A stretch of 64,000 nt of DNA from Parcubacteria group bacterium. GTDB lineage: Bacteria; Patescibacteriota; Minisyncoccia; Moranbacterales; UBA11712. Under the pieces are notes generated by a model that worked only from the letters and a program-made list of their open reading frames with translations, did not search any database and was not told where the DNA came from. The stretch lies in contig JBAZXV010000002.1 of assembly GCA_041659685.1 (NCBI GenBank), forward strand, positions 39,527 through 103,526. The letters are read 5' to 3'. Position numbers and translations under genes: made by a program. Below, one piece after another: positions 39,105 to 49,500 of this stretch (positions are counted from its first letter, which is position 1; every line of letters begins with the position of its first letter).

Positions 39105-39971
39105 ATGAGTTCTTTGCAAAAATTTGTTTTGGGAATCCCGAATCCCGGCAGCAGCCTTTTTGATTCAACAGTTCAGCTGTTTAATAAAATTGGCGTGCAA
39201 GTTGCCTATAACGGGCGGGCCTTCGAGGGAGAGATTGAGGGCGTTGATATATTCGGTAAGGCATGTTTGATGCGCCCTCAGGATATTCCCAATGCTATCT
39301 CGAAAGGCACCCTCGATTGTGGCATCTGCGGGTGGGATTGTGTTGTGGAGAGCGGCTTAGAAAATAAGCTTGTGAAGATTTCTGAGCTGAATTACGGCAA
39401 GAAATTGACAAAACCTGTGAGGATTGTGGCTTTTTCAAGAAAATTCTCAACCCTTAAAGAAAATGAGAGTATTACCGTCACCACCGAATACCCCAACATT
39501 ACGAGGGCGGCTTTCAAAAACATTCCTCAGGAAAACATTGATTTTTCCTACGGGACTACGGAGGCAAAGGTTGCAGCAGGAATGTATGATTATGGGGTCT
39601 GCGTGACCGAAGGGGGGAAAAGCCTAATTGATAACAACCTGCAAATTGTTCGGGTGCTCTTGGTTTCACCGACCGTGTTCATGGCAAAACTCGAAGCACC
39701 GGAACTGGAAAGTTTCGGGAAGATGTTGGAAGGGGCATTGCTTGCGAAAAAATTACAACTCATCACAATGAATGCCGATGCAAGCGTGAAGGATGAGATA
39801 CTTTCGATTCTTCCCGCGCTAAAATCCCCAACGGTCAGCAGGTTGGAGGATGGGGGGTACAGCATTTCGACCGTAGTCGAAACTAAGGATGTGGCAAATC
39901 TCTTGCTCAAACTGAGACAGCTCGGAGCAGCGGGTATTATCGGAACTGATATCAACTTCGCTATCAAATGA
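39105..39971 (+). CDS. hisG: ATP phosphoribosyltransferase, long form
   Basis: RPQDIP, DCGICGWD, TEYPN, SYGTTE, C-terminal LPALKSPTVS domain; GGAGG RBS. Confidence 0.88.
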   Translation: MSSLQKFVLGIPNPGSSLFDSTVQLFNKIGVQVAYNGRAFEGEIEGVDIFGKACLMRPQDIPNAISKGTLDCGICGWDCVVESGLENKLVKISELNYGKKLTKPVRIVAFSRKFSTLKENESITVTTEYPNITRAAFKNIPQENIDFSYGTTEAKVAAGMYDYGVCVTEGGKSLIDNNLQIVRVLLVSPTVFMAKLEAPELESFGKMLEGALLAKKLQLITMNADASVKDEILSILPALKSPTVSRLEDGGYSISTVVETKDVANLLLKLRQLGAAGIIGTDINFAIK

Positions 39972-40026
39972 TTTATCACTAGAATTGCCTGATGCCGTTC
40001 GCTTCCAAAAAATGGGAGATAAACCA

Positions 40027-40416
40027 ATGAAATGTGAGAAGTGTGTGTCGAGGTGCGCATGGTGCAAAAAACCAATATGTGACAGGTGCAATTTTACTTC
40101 ACAGAGTTATCTATCGGAAAGGTACAGGAAATGGAGGGAAGTCAAAAAAATAGGGATAATAATTCTTCGTGAATACGAGGAAGAAACACGTTTCATCGGA
40201 TTTTGTTCTTTGCTCCTCGGGGATTTTGCCAGGCGGAATAACCTAATTGTGGAATGCAGAGTGAGAGATTCTCCGTTCCGCAATCAAAGAGTTCTTTATC
40301 TTCACTTAGAAGAGGGAGGTACGTGCCATACCTTAGAAATTTCCAAGAAAAAGAAAATAATTTCTTTCAGCTGGCATTTTCCCATCGAGATCCTTAGGAA
40401 TGTCGATGCCAGATAG
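40027..40416 (+). CDS. Hypothetical protein with N-terminal Cys cluster
   Basis: CEKC..RCAWCKKPICDRC. Confidence 0.5.
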   Translation: MKCEKCVSRCAWCKKPICDRCNFTSQSYLSERYRKWREVKKIGIIILREYEEETRFIGFCSLLLGDFARRNNLIVECRVRDSPFRNQRVLYLHLEEGGTCHTLEISKKKKIISFSWHFPIEILRNVDAR

Positions 40417-40518
40417 GCCGGTTTGAAATCGGCAAGCCAGCCGCAGAACAGCCCGAAGCATTGCTCCGGGCTCTTACTTTTTGTTTGAATTCAGCCGCGG
40501 ATGCTATACAATGCTAAT

Positions 40519-41157
40519 ATGATCTATCTAATAGGCGGGCCGCCCAAATGCGGCAAAACAACACTGGCGAAAAAATTGTCCAAACATCTGGAAGTGCAAT
40601 GGATCTCAGCGGACACCTTGCAATCCATAGCTTTTGCATACACTGTGAAAAAAGATGTGCCAAAAAAGTTTCCATGGCGAGTCGCGAGGAAAAAGGCGGG
40701 CAGAGGCAATGACCTGGCATTCTCTGCATATTCTTCTGCTCAAATTGTCAGGAAGTACCGATCGCAAGCCAAAGCAACATGGCCAGCAATTGATATGGTT
40801 GCGGCATCGGAAATAAATGATAGGAATGACTATATAATCGAGGGTTATCAAGTCGAGCCCAGGCTGGCGGACAAGCTTACGAAGAAATACGGAAAGAAAA
40901 ACATTCGGACGATTTTTCTGATTCGAACCGACAAACAAACTTTATTAAAAGATATCAAGAAAAGCACAACACTGAATGATTGGATAAAGTCCAGGACGAA
41001 AAACGAGGAAACTTTTGGAAAAATAGCAGAGATGATATCCAGGTACGGCTTGGAGATCGGGAGGGAGACAAAAAAATATAAGATCCCGGCTTTAAACATG
41101 GATAAGAATTTTGAGGGACAAATAAGGGAAGTAATAAAATTCTTAAAACAGAATTAA
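40519..41157 (+). CDS. P-loop kinase (2-phosphoglycerate-kinase-like)
   Basis: IYLIGGPPKCGKTT, IIEG. Confidence 0.8.
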   Translation: MIYLIGGPPKCGKTTLAKKLSKHLEVQWISADTLQSIAFAYTVKKDVPKKFPWRVARKKAGRGNDLAFSAYSSAQIVRKYRSQAKATWPAIDMVAASEINDRNDYIIEGYQVEPRLADKLTKKYGKKNIRTIFLIRTDKQTLLKDIKKSTTLNDWIKSRTKNEETFGKIAEMISRYGLEIGRETKKYKIPALNMDKNFEGQIREVIKFLKQN

Positions 41158-41242
41158 TCGCAAAAACTTGCGATACTTTAGATAGCTGAAATAGGGATAA
41201 AACCCTGTTTCAGCGTTATCACCCAGGAGATGATTCATTTCA

Positions 41243-41273
41243 AGGGAGATTTTTGGAGTCCGCTTCGCTTGAC
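41243..41273 (+). repeat. 31-bp repeat beginning with AGGGAGAT core, copy A
   Basis: 28/31 identical to 44412-44442. Confidence 0.8.
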
Positions 41274-41357
41274 TTCAGATTCGCTTGTTGATAGCATTTA
41301 ATGAGGCTAAAAAGGGGGATTCAGTCCCTTACAAACTAAAAGAAAAGGGGGCATATT

Positions 41358-41837
41358 ATGCCTGAAAAGCCAAATTATGACGTGTCAATTTACGGTGGTC
41401 GTCTTTTGACCTTAGATACAGTTGTCCCAGAGAAATATGTCTGGGAATTTATGAAGGAATTTGGGGAAGCTTGGGAAGTTGAAAAACAGGGGCTTCCTTT
41501 CAAATCCGTGGATGGCTATTATAAGCATCCTAATGGTTGGCACGTCCAGGTGAAAATTGGCGACATAGATGAAGAAAAGTTTTATAATTTCATCCGTGGA
41601 TTCTGTCAACAAAGAGGTCTTTCATTCCGTGAACCGACCAGATACCTTCTCGGTTTCTTGCGGACTTTGCGGCAGCTGGAGGAAAGAGCCAACAAGACCC
41701 CCGCACCAGACCTGCTGGATATTTTGCCGCCTAAGGATGAAATTGAGCGGCTTCTGCAAATCGCTCAACATCTAAATTTCCTCTACCTAAACCATCAGGG
41801 GTTCCAAATTACCGAAAAATACCAGAAGAAGGTTTAA
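41358..41837 (+). CDS. Hypothetical protein
   Basis: 159-aa ORF with purine-rich RBS. Confidence 0.55.
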   Translation: MPEKPNYDVSIYGGRLLTLDTVVPEKYVWEFMKEFGEAWEVEKQGLPFKSVDGYYKHPNGWHVQVKIGDIDEEKFYNFIRGFCQQRGLSFREPTRYLLGFLRTLRQLEERANKTPAPDLLDILPPKDEIERLLQIAQHLNFLYLNHQGFQITEKYQKKV

Positions 41838-42132
41838 GGGGGGAGAATGGCAGCCTACACTGCGTGCATCAGTTATGGGCAGAGAAAAAGTCTGCTTTTT
41901 CCCTTGTGTGGTGCGAAGTCCTTCAGTGCTCGCTGTGCGACTGATGAAGAAGCCATTAGAACATTTCGAAGTATTGCCATCAAAGATTTCTTTTGCATGT
42001 TTCACAAAATCACGGTTGCAATACACCAGGGTCAGCGGTTTGTATTTGAAGGCTGCGTACAACCACTTTAACTTTCCAGGGCAACTGCCCAGCCAGGCTT
42101 TCACGAGTCTGGCTTTTTTCTTTCCAGATTTT

Positions 42133-42262
42133 TTTCTAGGGAGATACGGTTGAGAGCTCCGACTTATCGGAGTAAGAACCCATACAGTCGTTAGACTTCT
42201 TGGCAGCCCGCCTGCGCTCTTCTGAGCTACGGCGAGGCGAAGGACAACCGCAAAAGTTTGCG
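42133..42262 (+). repeat. Junction repeat copy 3 (anti-SD truncated)
   Basis: TTTCTAGGGAGATACGGT...CAGTCGTTAGAC...GGACAACCGCAAAAGTTTGCG; terminator-like hairpin 42278-42304. Confidence 0.8.
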
Positions 42263-42320
42263 GGTATTTTAATAGCAAGAGCACCTTCTTTACTGGGTGT
42301 TTTTCTGTTATTATTTCGAT

Positions 42321-42854
42321 ATGAACAAAATATATTTCATCAGTGGTGTTTGCGGCGTCGGGAAATCAACTATAATGCCTTATCTAAAATTATCGCTTCC
42401 TCAGAGTGAGTACAGGGTCTTCGATTTCGATGAAAGAGGCGTTCCTGAAAATGCCGACCGCAACTGGAGGATTTCTGAATCAAAACATTGGATTGAGGAA
42501 GGGAATAAATTGTTGCAAGAAAATATAAACACTGTTATTTGCGGCTTCATAAAACCTGATGACCTTCCGAATTCATCAGATGAAAAATCAGCTGAAATCA
42601 GACTGATTCTTTTGAATGCGGAACCAGAAATAATCCGCCAAAGACTTATAAAGCGATATACCAAAAACAATGTTTTTGACGAATCGCAAAAAGTAATCGG
42701 CAAACCAGTTAATGAGTTTATTGAGAGCAATGTTTATTTTTCCACGAATATGAGAGATATTTTCAAAGAACGAGGCTGTCTGATAGTGGATACTTCAAAT
42801 CTAACGCCCGAGGAAGTGGCAAGAGAAGTGGTAAATATTATCTTAAAAGACTGA
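42321..42854 (+). CDS. P-loop nucleoside/sugar kinase-like protein
   Basis: FISGVCGVGKST, DFDE, DTSNLTPEEV. Confidence 0.8.
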   Translation: MNKIYFISGVCGVGKSTIMPYLKLSLPQSEYRVFDFDERGVPENADRNWRISESKHWIEEGNKLLQENINTVICGFIKPDDLPNSSDEKSAEIRLILLNAEPEIIRQRLIKRYTKNNVFDESQKVIGKPVNEFIESNVYFSTNMRDIFKERGCLIVDTSNLTPEEVAREVVNIILKD

Positions 42855-42890
42855 CTGCAAAAGTTTATAATAATCTTGCGCTTGCCGGTT

Positions 42891-42940
42891 TGTATACATC
42901 TGTTGACATAATGTATACAAACTACTATACTTTGTATACA
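42891..42940 (+). promoter_or_regulatory. fic promoter with three TGTATACA operators at 21-bp spacing
   Basis: TTGACA 42903, 17 bp, TATACT 42926; palindromes at 42891, 42912, 42933. Confidence 0.75.
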
Positions 42941-42964
42941 TTATTAATTGAATGTAAACAAACT

Positions 42965-44107
42965 ATGAAAAACATCAAAATTGGCTCGTATATAGCTCAA
43001 AAGGAAGGTTTTAAGGCTTTTACCCCCAATCCATTCCCTCCAAAGGGCGGCTTTGATTTTGAACCGAAAATTTCGAAAAAAAATGATGAAGCGACCCGAC
43101 TATTGGGAAAGCTGGATGGAATTACAAAACTGCTGCCTGATTCCGATTTCTTCCTTTTGATGTATCTGCGAAAAGATGCCGCATCTTCAAGTCAAATTGA
43201 AGGGACAAGGGCGTCTATGATAGACGCAATTGCCGCAGAAGCGGATATAGATACGAATATGCCAGAGGATGTAGACGACATATTGCATTACATCAAAGCT
43301 CTTAATTATGGAATGAAGCGGGTAACTGATGATAATTTTCCTATGACTTTGCGGTTTATTCGTGAGCTTCACAGACAGTTGATGCATAAAGCACGCTCAA
43401 CTCATTTTTCCGACCCTGGAGAATTTCGTAAAAGTCAAAATTGGATTGGCGGCACTCGTCCAGATAATGCTCGTTTTGTTCCGCCGTCTATCATTGATAT
43501 GCAAAAAGCTCTCGGTGATTTGGAAAAATTTATTCATACCGAGGATAATATCCCGACTGTGATCAAAGCAGGAATTATTCACGCCCAATTCGAGACTGTC
43601 CATCCTTTTTTGGATGGAAACGGCAGAACTGGCAGGATGCTAATTACTTTTTATCTTTGGAAAGAGGGATATCTGGAGAAGCCAGTGTTGTTTTTGTCTT
43701 CCTTTTTCAAAAAACACCAAAAACTTTATTACGAAAAACTTTTCGGCTACCACAACGGAAATATTTTCGAGTGGATAGATTTTTTTCTTGACGGTGTTAT
43801 TGAAATTGCCAATGAAGCCATAGATATCGTGGGAAAAATTACCATCCTGCGTCAAAAAGATATAATGAAAATCCAAAAATTGGGCAAGCGATCTTCTGAA
43901 AGCGGAGCCGTTGTTTTGCCGAAATTATACGGTCAGCCGATTGTGAATGCCAATGTTATCCAAAAGTGGACTGGATTTACTCGTGCTGGGGCGCAAACTG
44001 TAATCGACAGATTTATCAAAATGGGAATCCTGGTTCCTAAGGATAAAGACAAAAAATACGGACAGGCGTATATTTACAAGGAATATGTGGATATATTTAA
44101 CGAATAG
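42965..44107 (+). CDS. Fic family protein
   Basis: SSQIEG inhibitory motif, HPFLDGNGRTGR, C-terminal wHTH. Confidence 0.93.
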   Translation: MKNIKIGSYIAQKEGFKAFTPNPFPPKGGFDFEPKISKKNDEATRLLGKLDGITKLLPDSDFFLLMYLRKDAASSSQIEGTRASMIDAIAAEADIDTNMPEDVDDILHYIKALNYGMKRVTDDNFPMTLRFIRELHRQLMHKARSTHFSDPGEFRKSQNWIGGTRPDNARFVPPSIIDMQKALGDLEKFIHTEDNIPTVIKAGIIHAQFETVHPFLDGNGRTGRMLITFYLWKEGYLEKPVLFLSSFFKKHQKLYYEKLFGYHNGNIFEWIDFFLDGVIEIANEAIDIVGKITILRQKDIMKIQKLGKRSSESGAVVLPKLYGQPIVNANVIQKWTGFTRAGAQTVIDRFIKMGILVPKDKDKKYGQAYIYKEYVDIFNE

Positions 44108-44155
44108 GAGGAGATTGAAAAATAAAATCAACACGACATCCTCGATCCTCCATGA

Positions 44156-44350
44156 ATCACCTCCCTGCACAAGGCAGGTAAACTTTCTGGGGAGATCTTT
44201 ATCCCGTAGTAAAGCATCAGCTTTTACTGCTGGGATAGTTGAGAGCTCCGATCTATCGGAGTAAGAACCCATACAGTCGTTAGACTTCTTGGCAGCCCGC
44301 CTGCGCTCTTCTGAGCTACGGCGAGGCGAAGGACAACCGCAAAAGTTTGC
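44156..44350 (+). repeat. Junction repeat copy 4 with hairpin insertions
   Basis: ATCACCTCC[insert]CTTTCTGGGGAGAT[hairpin], then ~110 bp nearly identical to copy 3. Confidence 0.8.
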
Positions 44351-44411
44351 TATTTCAAAGAGCACCACATCAGGTGCTTTCTGTGTTATTTGCCAAGAAG
44401 CGACCGACCAG

Positions 44412-44442
44412 AGGGAGATATTTAGAGTCCGCTCCGCTTGAC
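44412..44442 (+). repeat. 31-bp repeat copy B
   Basis: AGGGAGATATTTAGAGTCCGCTCCGCTTGAC. Confidence 0.8.
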
Positions 44443-44508
44443 GATAATTTTATTTATTTACGCAAAAGTATATTCGGAGTAAAATATAGTGGTAAAAACC
44501 AAAATTAA

Positions 44509-45732
44509 ATGTGCCATACTGACTTAATTCTATTCATATTTTCTTTTTCCATATTGCTTTTTGCGGCGATTGTTTTCGGTCGCTTGGCTCAAAAACTCAG
44601 AATGCCGAAAATAATAGGAGAACTCTTGGGAGGAATTGTGTTCGGGCCGACAATTTTGGGAACATTTTTTCCCGAGATTCAAACTTGGCTCTTTTCTTAT
44701 TCCGACTCGATTCTTGTTTCCAGAGATGTTCTGATAAAATTTGGTGCGATTCTGCTTCTTTTTGTAATCGGTCTGGAAGTCAATCTTTCCAAAATTAAAG
44801 AACTTAAAAAAACTATCGTTTGGACAAGCATCTTTGGTTCGGCATTTCCATTTATTTTAGGAGCAGCGTCTGTTTTTCTTTTTCCGAGAGTCTGGAATTA
44901 TATTCCTTCTGAAAACGAGTGGCTTTTGCCTTTGTTTATCGGAACTGCCCTGTCCATTTCCGCTCTTCCTGTTATTGCAAGGATTCTGATGGATTTGGGG
45001 ATACTTAAAAGCAAGGTCGGCTCAATTATCTTGGCTACCGCTACGATTGACGACATTGTCGGCTGGATTCTTTTTGCCCTCATTACTGCATATTTCGTTC
45101 CAGCGGGAGTCAGTCAGATAAATCCTCTGATAACGGTAGCTGTTGTTTTGGCGATGTTTTTCTTTGCTATTACTTATGGTAACAGATTAACCAAAAAATT
45201 TATTGCTTGGAGCGAAAAAATGGAAGACGGAGACAATATTTTTTTAGGATTAACCTTGGTTTTAGTCCTTGTTTTTTCCGCTTTGGCGGAACGAATCGGT
45301 ATTCACGCAGTTCTGGGAGCTTTTCTTGTCGGCTTGGCTTTTTCTAATTGCGAACCGCACAAAATGCACGACTCGCTTCGCAAAGTGGTGATGTCGGTTT
45401 TTTCTCCTTTGTATTTCGTTTCAGTCGGATTGGGAGTGAACCTAATCAAAAATTTCGATTTGACTTTGGCATTGATTGTCTTGGGAATTGCCATCATTGG
45501 AAAAGTTGGCGGAGTTTGGCTGGGAGCCAGAATATCCAAATTAAGCGACAGGGAATCACTGGCGATTGGATTCGGAATGAACGCCAGAGGAGCGGTGGGA
45601 ATTATTCTCGTCACCTCAGCCCATCAGGCGGGAATAATAGACGAGAGAGTGTATGTGGCTCTTTTGGTAATGGCGATATTGACCAGTCTTATCAGCGGTC
45701 CGATGATGAAAAAAATACTCCAAGGCGGGTAA
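44509..45732 (+). CDS. Cation/H+ antiporter (CPA2 family)
   Basis: About 12 TM, GELLGGIVFGP, ISALPVIARIL, DD, MNARG. Confidence 0.9.
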   Translation: MCHTDLILFIFSFSILLFAAIVFGRLAQKLRMPKIIGELLGGIVFGPTILGTFFPEIQTWLFSYSDSILVSRDVLIKFGAILLLFVIGLEVNLSKIKELKKTIVWTSIFGSAFPFILGAASVFLFPRVWNYIPSENEWLLPLFIGTALSISALPVIARILMDLGILKSKVGSIILATATIDDIVGWILFALITAYFVPAGVSQINPLITVAVVLAMFFFAITYGNRLTKKFIAWSEKMEDGDNIFLGLTLVLVLVFSALAERIGIHAVLGAFLVGLAFSNCEPHKMHDSLRKVVMSVFSPLYFVSVGLGVNLIKNFDLTLALIVLGIAIIGKVGGVWLGARISKLSDRESLAIGFGMNARGAVGIILVTSAHQAGIIDERVYVALLVMAILTSLISGPMMKKILQGG

Positions 45733-45934
45733 ATTTTAATTTCACCGCAAACGCCTTAGATGGCGTTTTTGCTGTCTGCCCTGCTTCGAGTGGATTGACC
45801 TAATAATATATTCAAGATAAAATTCAATAAAGCTATCTTTCAATATCCCAGACGTTTCCCCAAGCGTCGCCAATGGGATTGATACGCTCCTCTGATTGGG
45901 AAGGCAAAGGTCGAGCTAATCAACCATCAAATCA

Positions 45935-46144
45935 ATGAAAAAAATGGAACAAGATGAAAAGGAAAACTTCGAAAAAGAAGCATCGGAGGCAGTCAAGAAA
46001 AGAATTCTTGATAATCTCTCATCTAATAGAAATTGGAGGAGCTGGGGTTCCTGGTTCAGCTGGGGCTCGCCCGTGGGACTGGGATTATTCCTAATCTCCA
46101 TCGGTATCTTCATTCTTCTTCTGCATTATTCGGGAATTTTCTAG
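45935..46144 (+). CDS. Small membrane protein
   Basis: Single C-terminal TM; terminator hairpin follows. Confidence 0.55.
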   Translation: MKKMEQDEKENFEKEASEAVKKRILDNLSSNRNWRSWGSWFSWGSPVGLGLFLISIGIFILLLHYSGIF

Positions 46145-46510
46145 ACCGAATATTTGCAGGCAAAAAACCGTCAGAAATGGCGGTTTTTTTGCTGTCTACT
46201 CCGGAGCGGACAACTCGTCCGTTTTGACCCGAAACACTTTCTGCGGAACTATCATCCAGAAAGCATTTCCTTAAATACGTATTTTAATACTTACCTCGGT
46301 AAGTATTTTTTTTGGCCGAAGCACCTAGCACTAACACCGCCCTGCAATGTTTTTAATATGCTTGAAAAAACAGAATAAAACCCTGTTTTTTTTCGAAGCC
46401 ATCGACACAGGCGGATAGAACTGAATCGGTAAGCGATTTTAATGCATATAGGCCTTCGGACATAAGCAAATAATGATGTATAATAGAGCCAGGACATTTT
46501 GGAATAACTT

Positions 46511-49500
46511 ATGTTTATAGAAGTAAAATCCGAGGAGAGGAAAATAGGGCCGGAATCAGTTGAACAGATGGAAAGCGCGGAAACTATTGCCAAAGAGAAG
46601 ACGCCGGAAGAACAGCGGGCAGAGAATATTGAACTCATGACTCAAAGAGCCAGGCATTTTATTGCGGAAAAAAAAGCCGAAAAGGAGAAAAAAAATGCCC
46701 GCAGGGAACTGGAATCCGTTCCGCAGGATGTAGACCGGCCGGAAGGGCGGCAGAATGAAGAAGCGGAAGATGCACAAGAAAAACCGGGAGAGCAGAAGGG
46801 AATCATTTCAGGATTGAAAGATAAATACAGGCTATGGAAGCTGAAGCGGAGCGGATTTCCTGATCCCGGGAAAGCCTTGGGATTTTTTGAATATATAAGC
46901 AGCAGGGCAGATTCAACTTTAAAATTCGACAGCGACACCCTGAATCTGATAAGGGATACATTCAGAGCGACAAACGACCCGATTGCTTTTTATGAAAAAA
47001 TAAAGCAGCTGAACTTAAAGATCGCGCAGCCGATTATCAAACCCAATTACGGCTTAGGAACTTTGATGAGGGATCCGGATATATTTAAGAAGCTTGACCT
47101 TTGGCAGTCAGTCAATGAATCACTGGGATTTGGCGATGCAAATTCTTCGGGAGACGATCTCAGATATTTTTGCGGAGAAACCGAACTGCACGCCGGATTA
47201 TCCGCTGAAAATTTGAACCGGATCAGTCAATTGCGGAATTTATCGGGGTCGCTTTTTTCTGTGAGCGATCTGAACTGGCTGGCAAATTGCGTGGAGGACA
47301 GGCATACTTTTGAGTCGTTGGGAAAACTCTTGGGAAGTGAATATGCAAAAAACCTCAGAGACAAAAATATACTCAGAGTGGAAGACTTGGCAAAAAAACT
47401 GAAAGATCTCGACGCGAGCGGAATGACAGAGAGTCTGTTAATCGGAGCCGATATGAATTTGGATGTCGGGAGCGCCATAAGAGAGCTGACCTCCGAAGAT
47501 GAAGAAGAAAAAGCGGCGAGTGTCGAAAAAACAAAGGCATTGGAGCTGGAAGAACGAGCGAAAGACGAAAAATTCCGGGAGCTCGCCGGGGATCTCTCGC
47601 TCTTTTCCGGAAAGGATTTTGGAATAAATGAATACCAAAAATTGGAGAGCCTTTACCAATGGCACAAGGATTACGCGCTGGCTTTTGCGCAAGCTTTTGA
47701 GGATTTGGGTATCCTTAATCGATCCCAGGAAGGAACACTAAACCTTGAAGAATTCGAAGACACCCTGGGCCATTGGAAAAATGAGGCCGGATATGGCAGT
47801 CCGGAAGTTTTTTTCGCCCTTCTGGATCCTTCGTTCAATGAAATGATCTCAATTTTGAAAAGAGAGAAAGGCGACTTCAAGACAAGGGATATATTCAGAT
47901 ATGCTTTCCTGTATGCCCGAGAGCCGGAAGTCATTAAATCTTTGGAATCGGATGAAGGCAAAGAACTCCTGCAATTTTTTACGGAACGCGGAATGGATTT
48001 TCTGGGACACGCAGAATTTTTTAAGCATCCCGGAATTGCCAAAATGCTCAAAGGATATGATGAATTTTTTGATATTCAAAAAGGTTGGTCGCTAGACGGA
48101 TTTTTGGAGTTGTATAATCGAGGTGAGACGGCCAATGAATTATTAGATTACCTGAAAGAAAATAAATTCAAACCGGATGGAAAATTTGAGATCAATAAAA
48201 TCCCGCTTCTCGTTAAAATTCACAGCATCAAGGATTCCATCGATGCCGAATACTTCAGGAAATATCCCAATTTTTTTCTCAGCGAAAAGACTGTGGACTT
48301 TATAATAAGCGATCCAAGCAAAGCTCCCGACGTTTTTTCCTTGGCCGAAGACGGCTATCTTGAAGGGCAGAATTTCCAATCCATAAGGTGGTTTCTTCAA
48401 GACAACCTTGAAGACATTCTTGCTATTCCCCGTGAAAAAAGAGACACATATATGAAGCTTTACCGCCGATTGGACGGCTCTCCTTCTCAGGAGATACAAC
48501 GGCTGAAAAAAGAGCTTACCAGGGAACTGTTGAAACTGGATGAACCGGAAAGTGCATACCAGAGAATAGAAGAAATATTTATCACGAACAATTTGCCGCC
48601 GGTCGGAAAGATTTATAAAGTATTTGCGGTAATTCATTCTCCTGCCGCAATGCAAGAACTCCTGGAAAGCAACGACAGGCTTAGTCCGTGTCTCAGGGAG
48701 TCTTCGGTGAGAAAAAGATATACTACAATATACAGAGATCTTTTGAACATTCACATCAAGTCCGGGAACCGGATTCTGAGAGATTATCTGGAAGTCGCGA
48801 ATGAGGGACAGGGCATCTTCGACAAGATGGAAACAGAGGGCGAGGAAAGCCTGAATAATGAAGAGAGGAGAAAGGCGGAATTTGTCCTGAAAAAACTGAA
48901 AACGCTGTGGGAAAATTCATCGCGAGGGATGCGAATGGATCCAAACAATCTCAGCATAAACGACGGGCTTGGCAATTTTTATAATAATTTGAAGACATCA
49001 ATAGGTGCCAAGGAAGGGCAGACGGTCACGGCCCGAATTTCCCAAATGTTTTTAGCGCCTGCCGGATACCAAAGCATAGAGCACGTGTTGGCCGCAATGA
49101 ATGAAGCCAAAGGAAAGGCCGGCACGCGCGGTCTCGAAACGGCAGATCTCCTGCGAAAAGGAGAATTTAATATCAAGGCGGGAGATGTCATCAAAGGCAT
49201 GCCATCTGGCAGGATGGGAGCAATCTTGCAGGGCGGAGCGGTGGCAGGAGAATATTTAGGCAGTGAATCATCATCGGATTCCACTCCTTATGACTCCGAT
49301 GTTTTCAGGGTGTCTGATTTAGGGGGAAATGCGGATTTTTCGGAAAATATCAAAAAATATTTTGGTGAGGGATACGGAGATGTCAATATTATTGTAAGAG
49401 ACAGGGGCCAATTCGACGAAACTTCCAAAGGAAGCTCCAGGGGGTATGATCCTTCCAAGCTGGAACTGTTCAGAACCGGAGTGATTTCGAACGAACATTA

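Noticed and set aside
41787-42409. Overlapping short ORFs across junction copy 3
   Set aside because: No recognisable domains, and they overlap a structured non-coding repeat.
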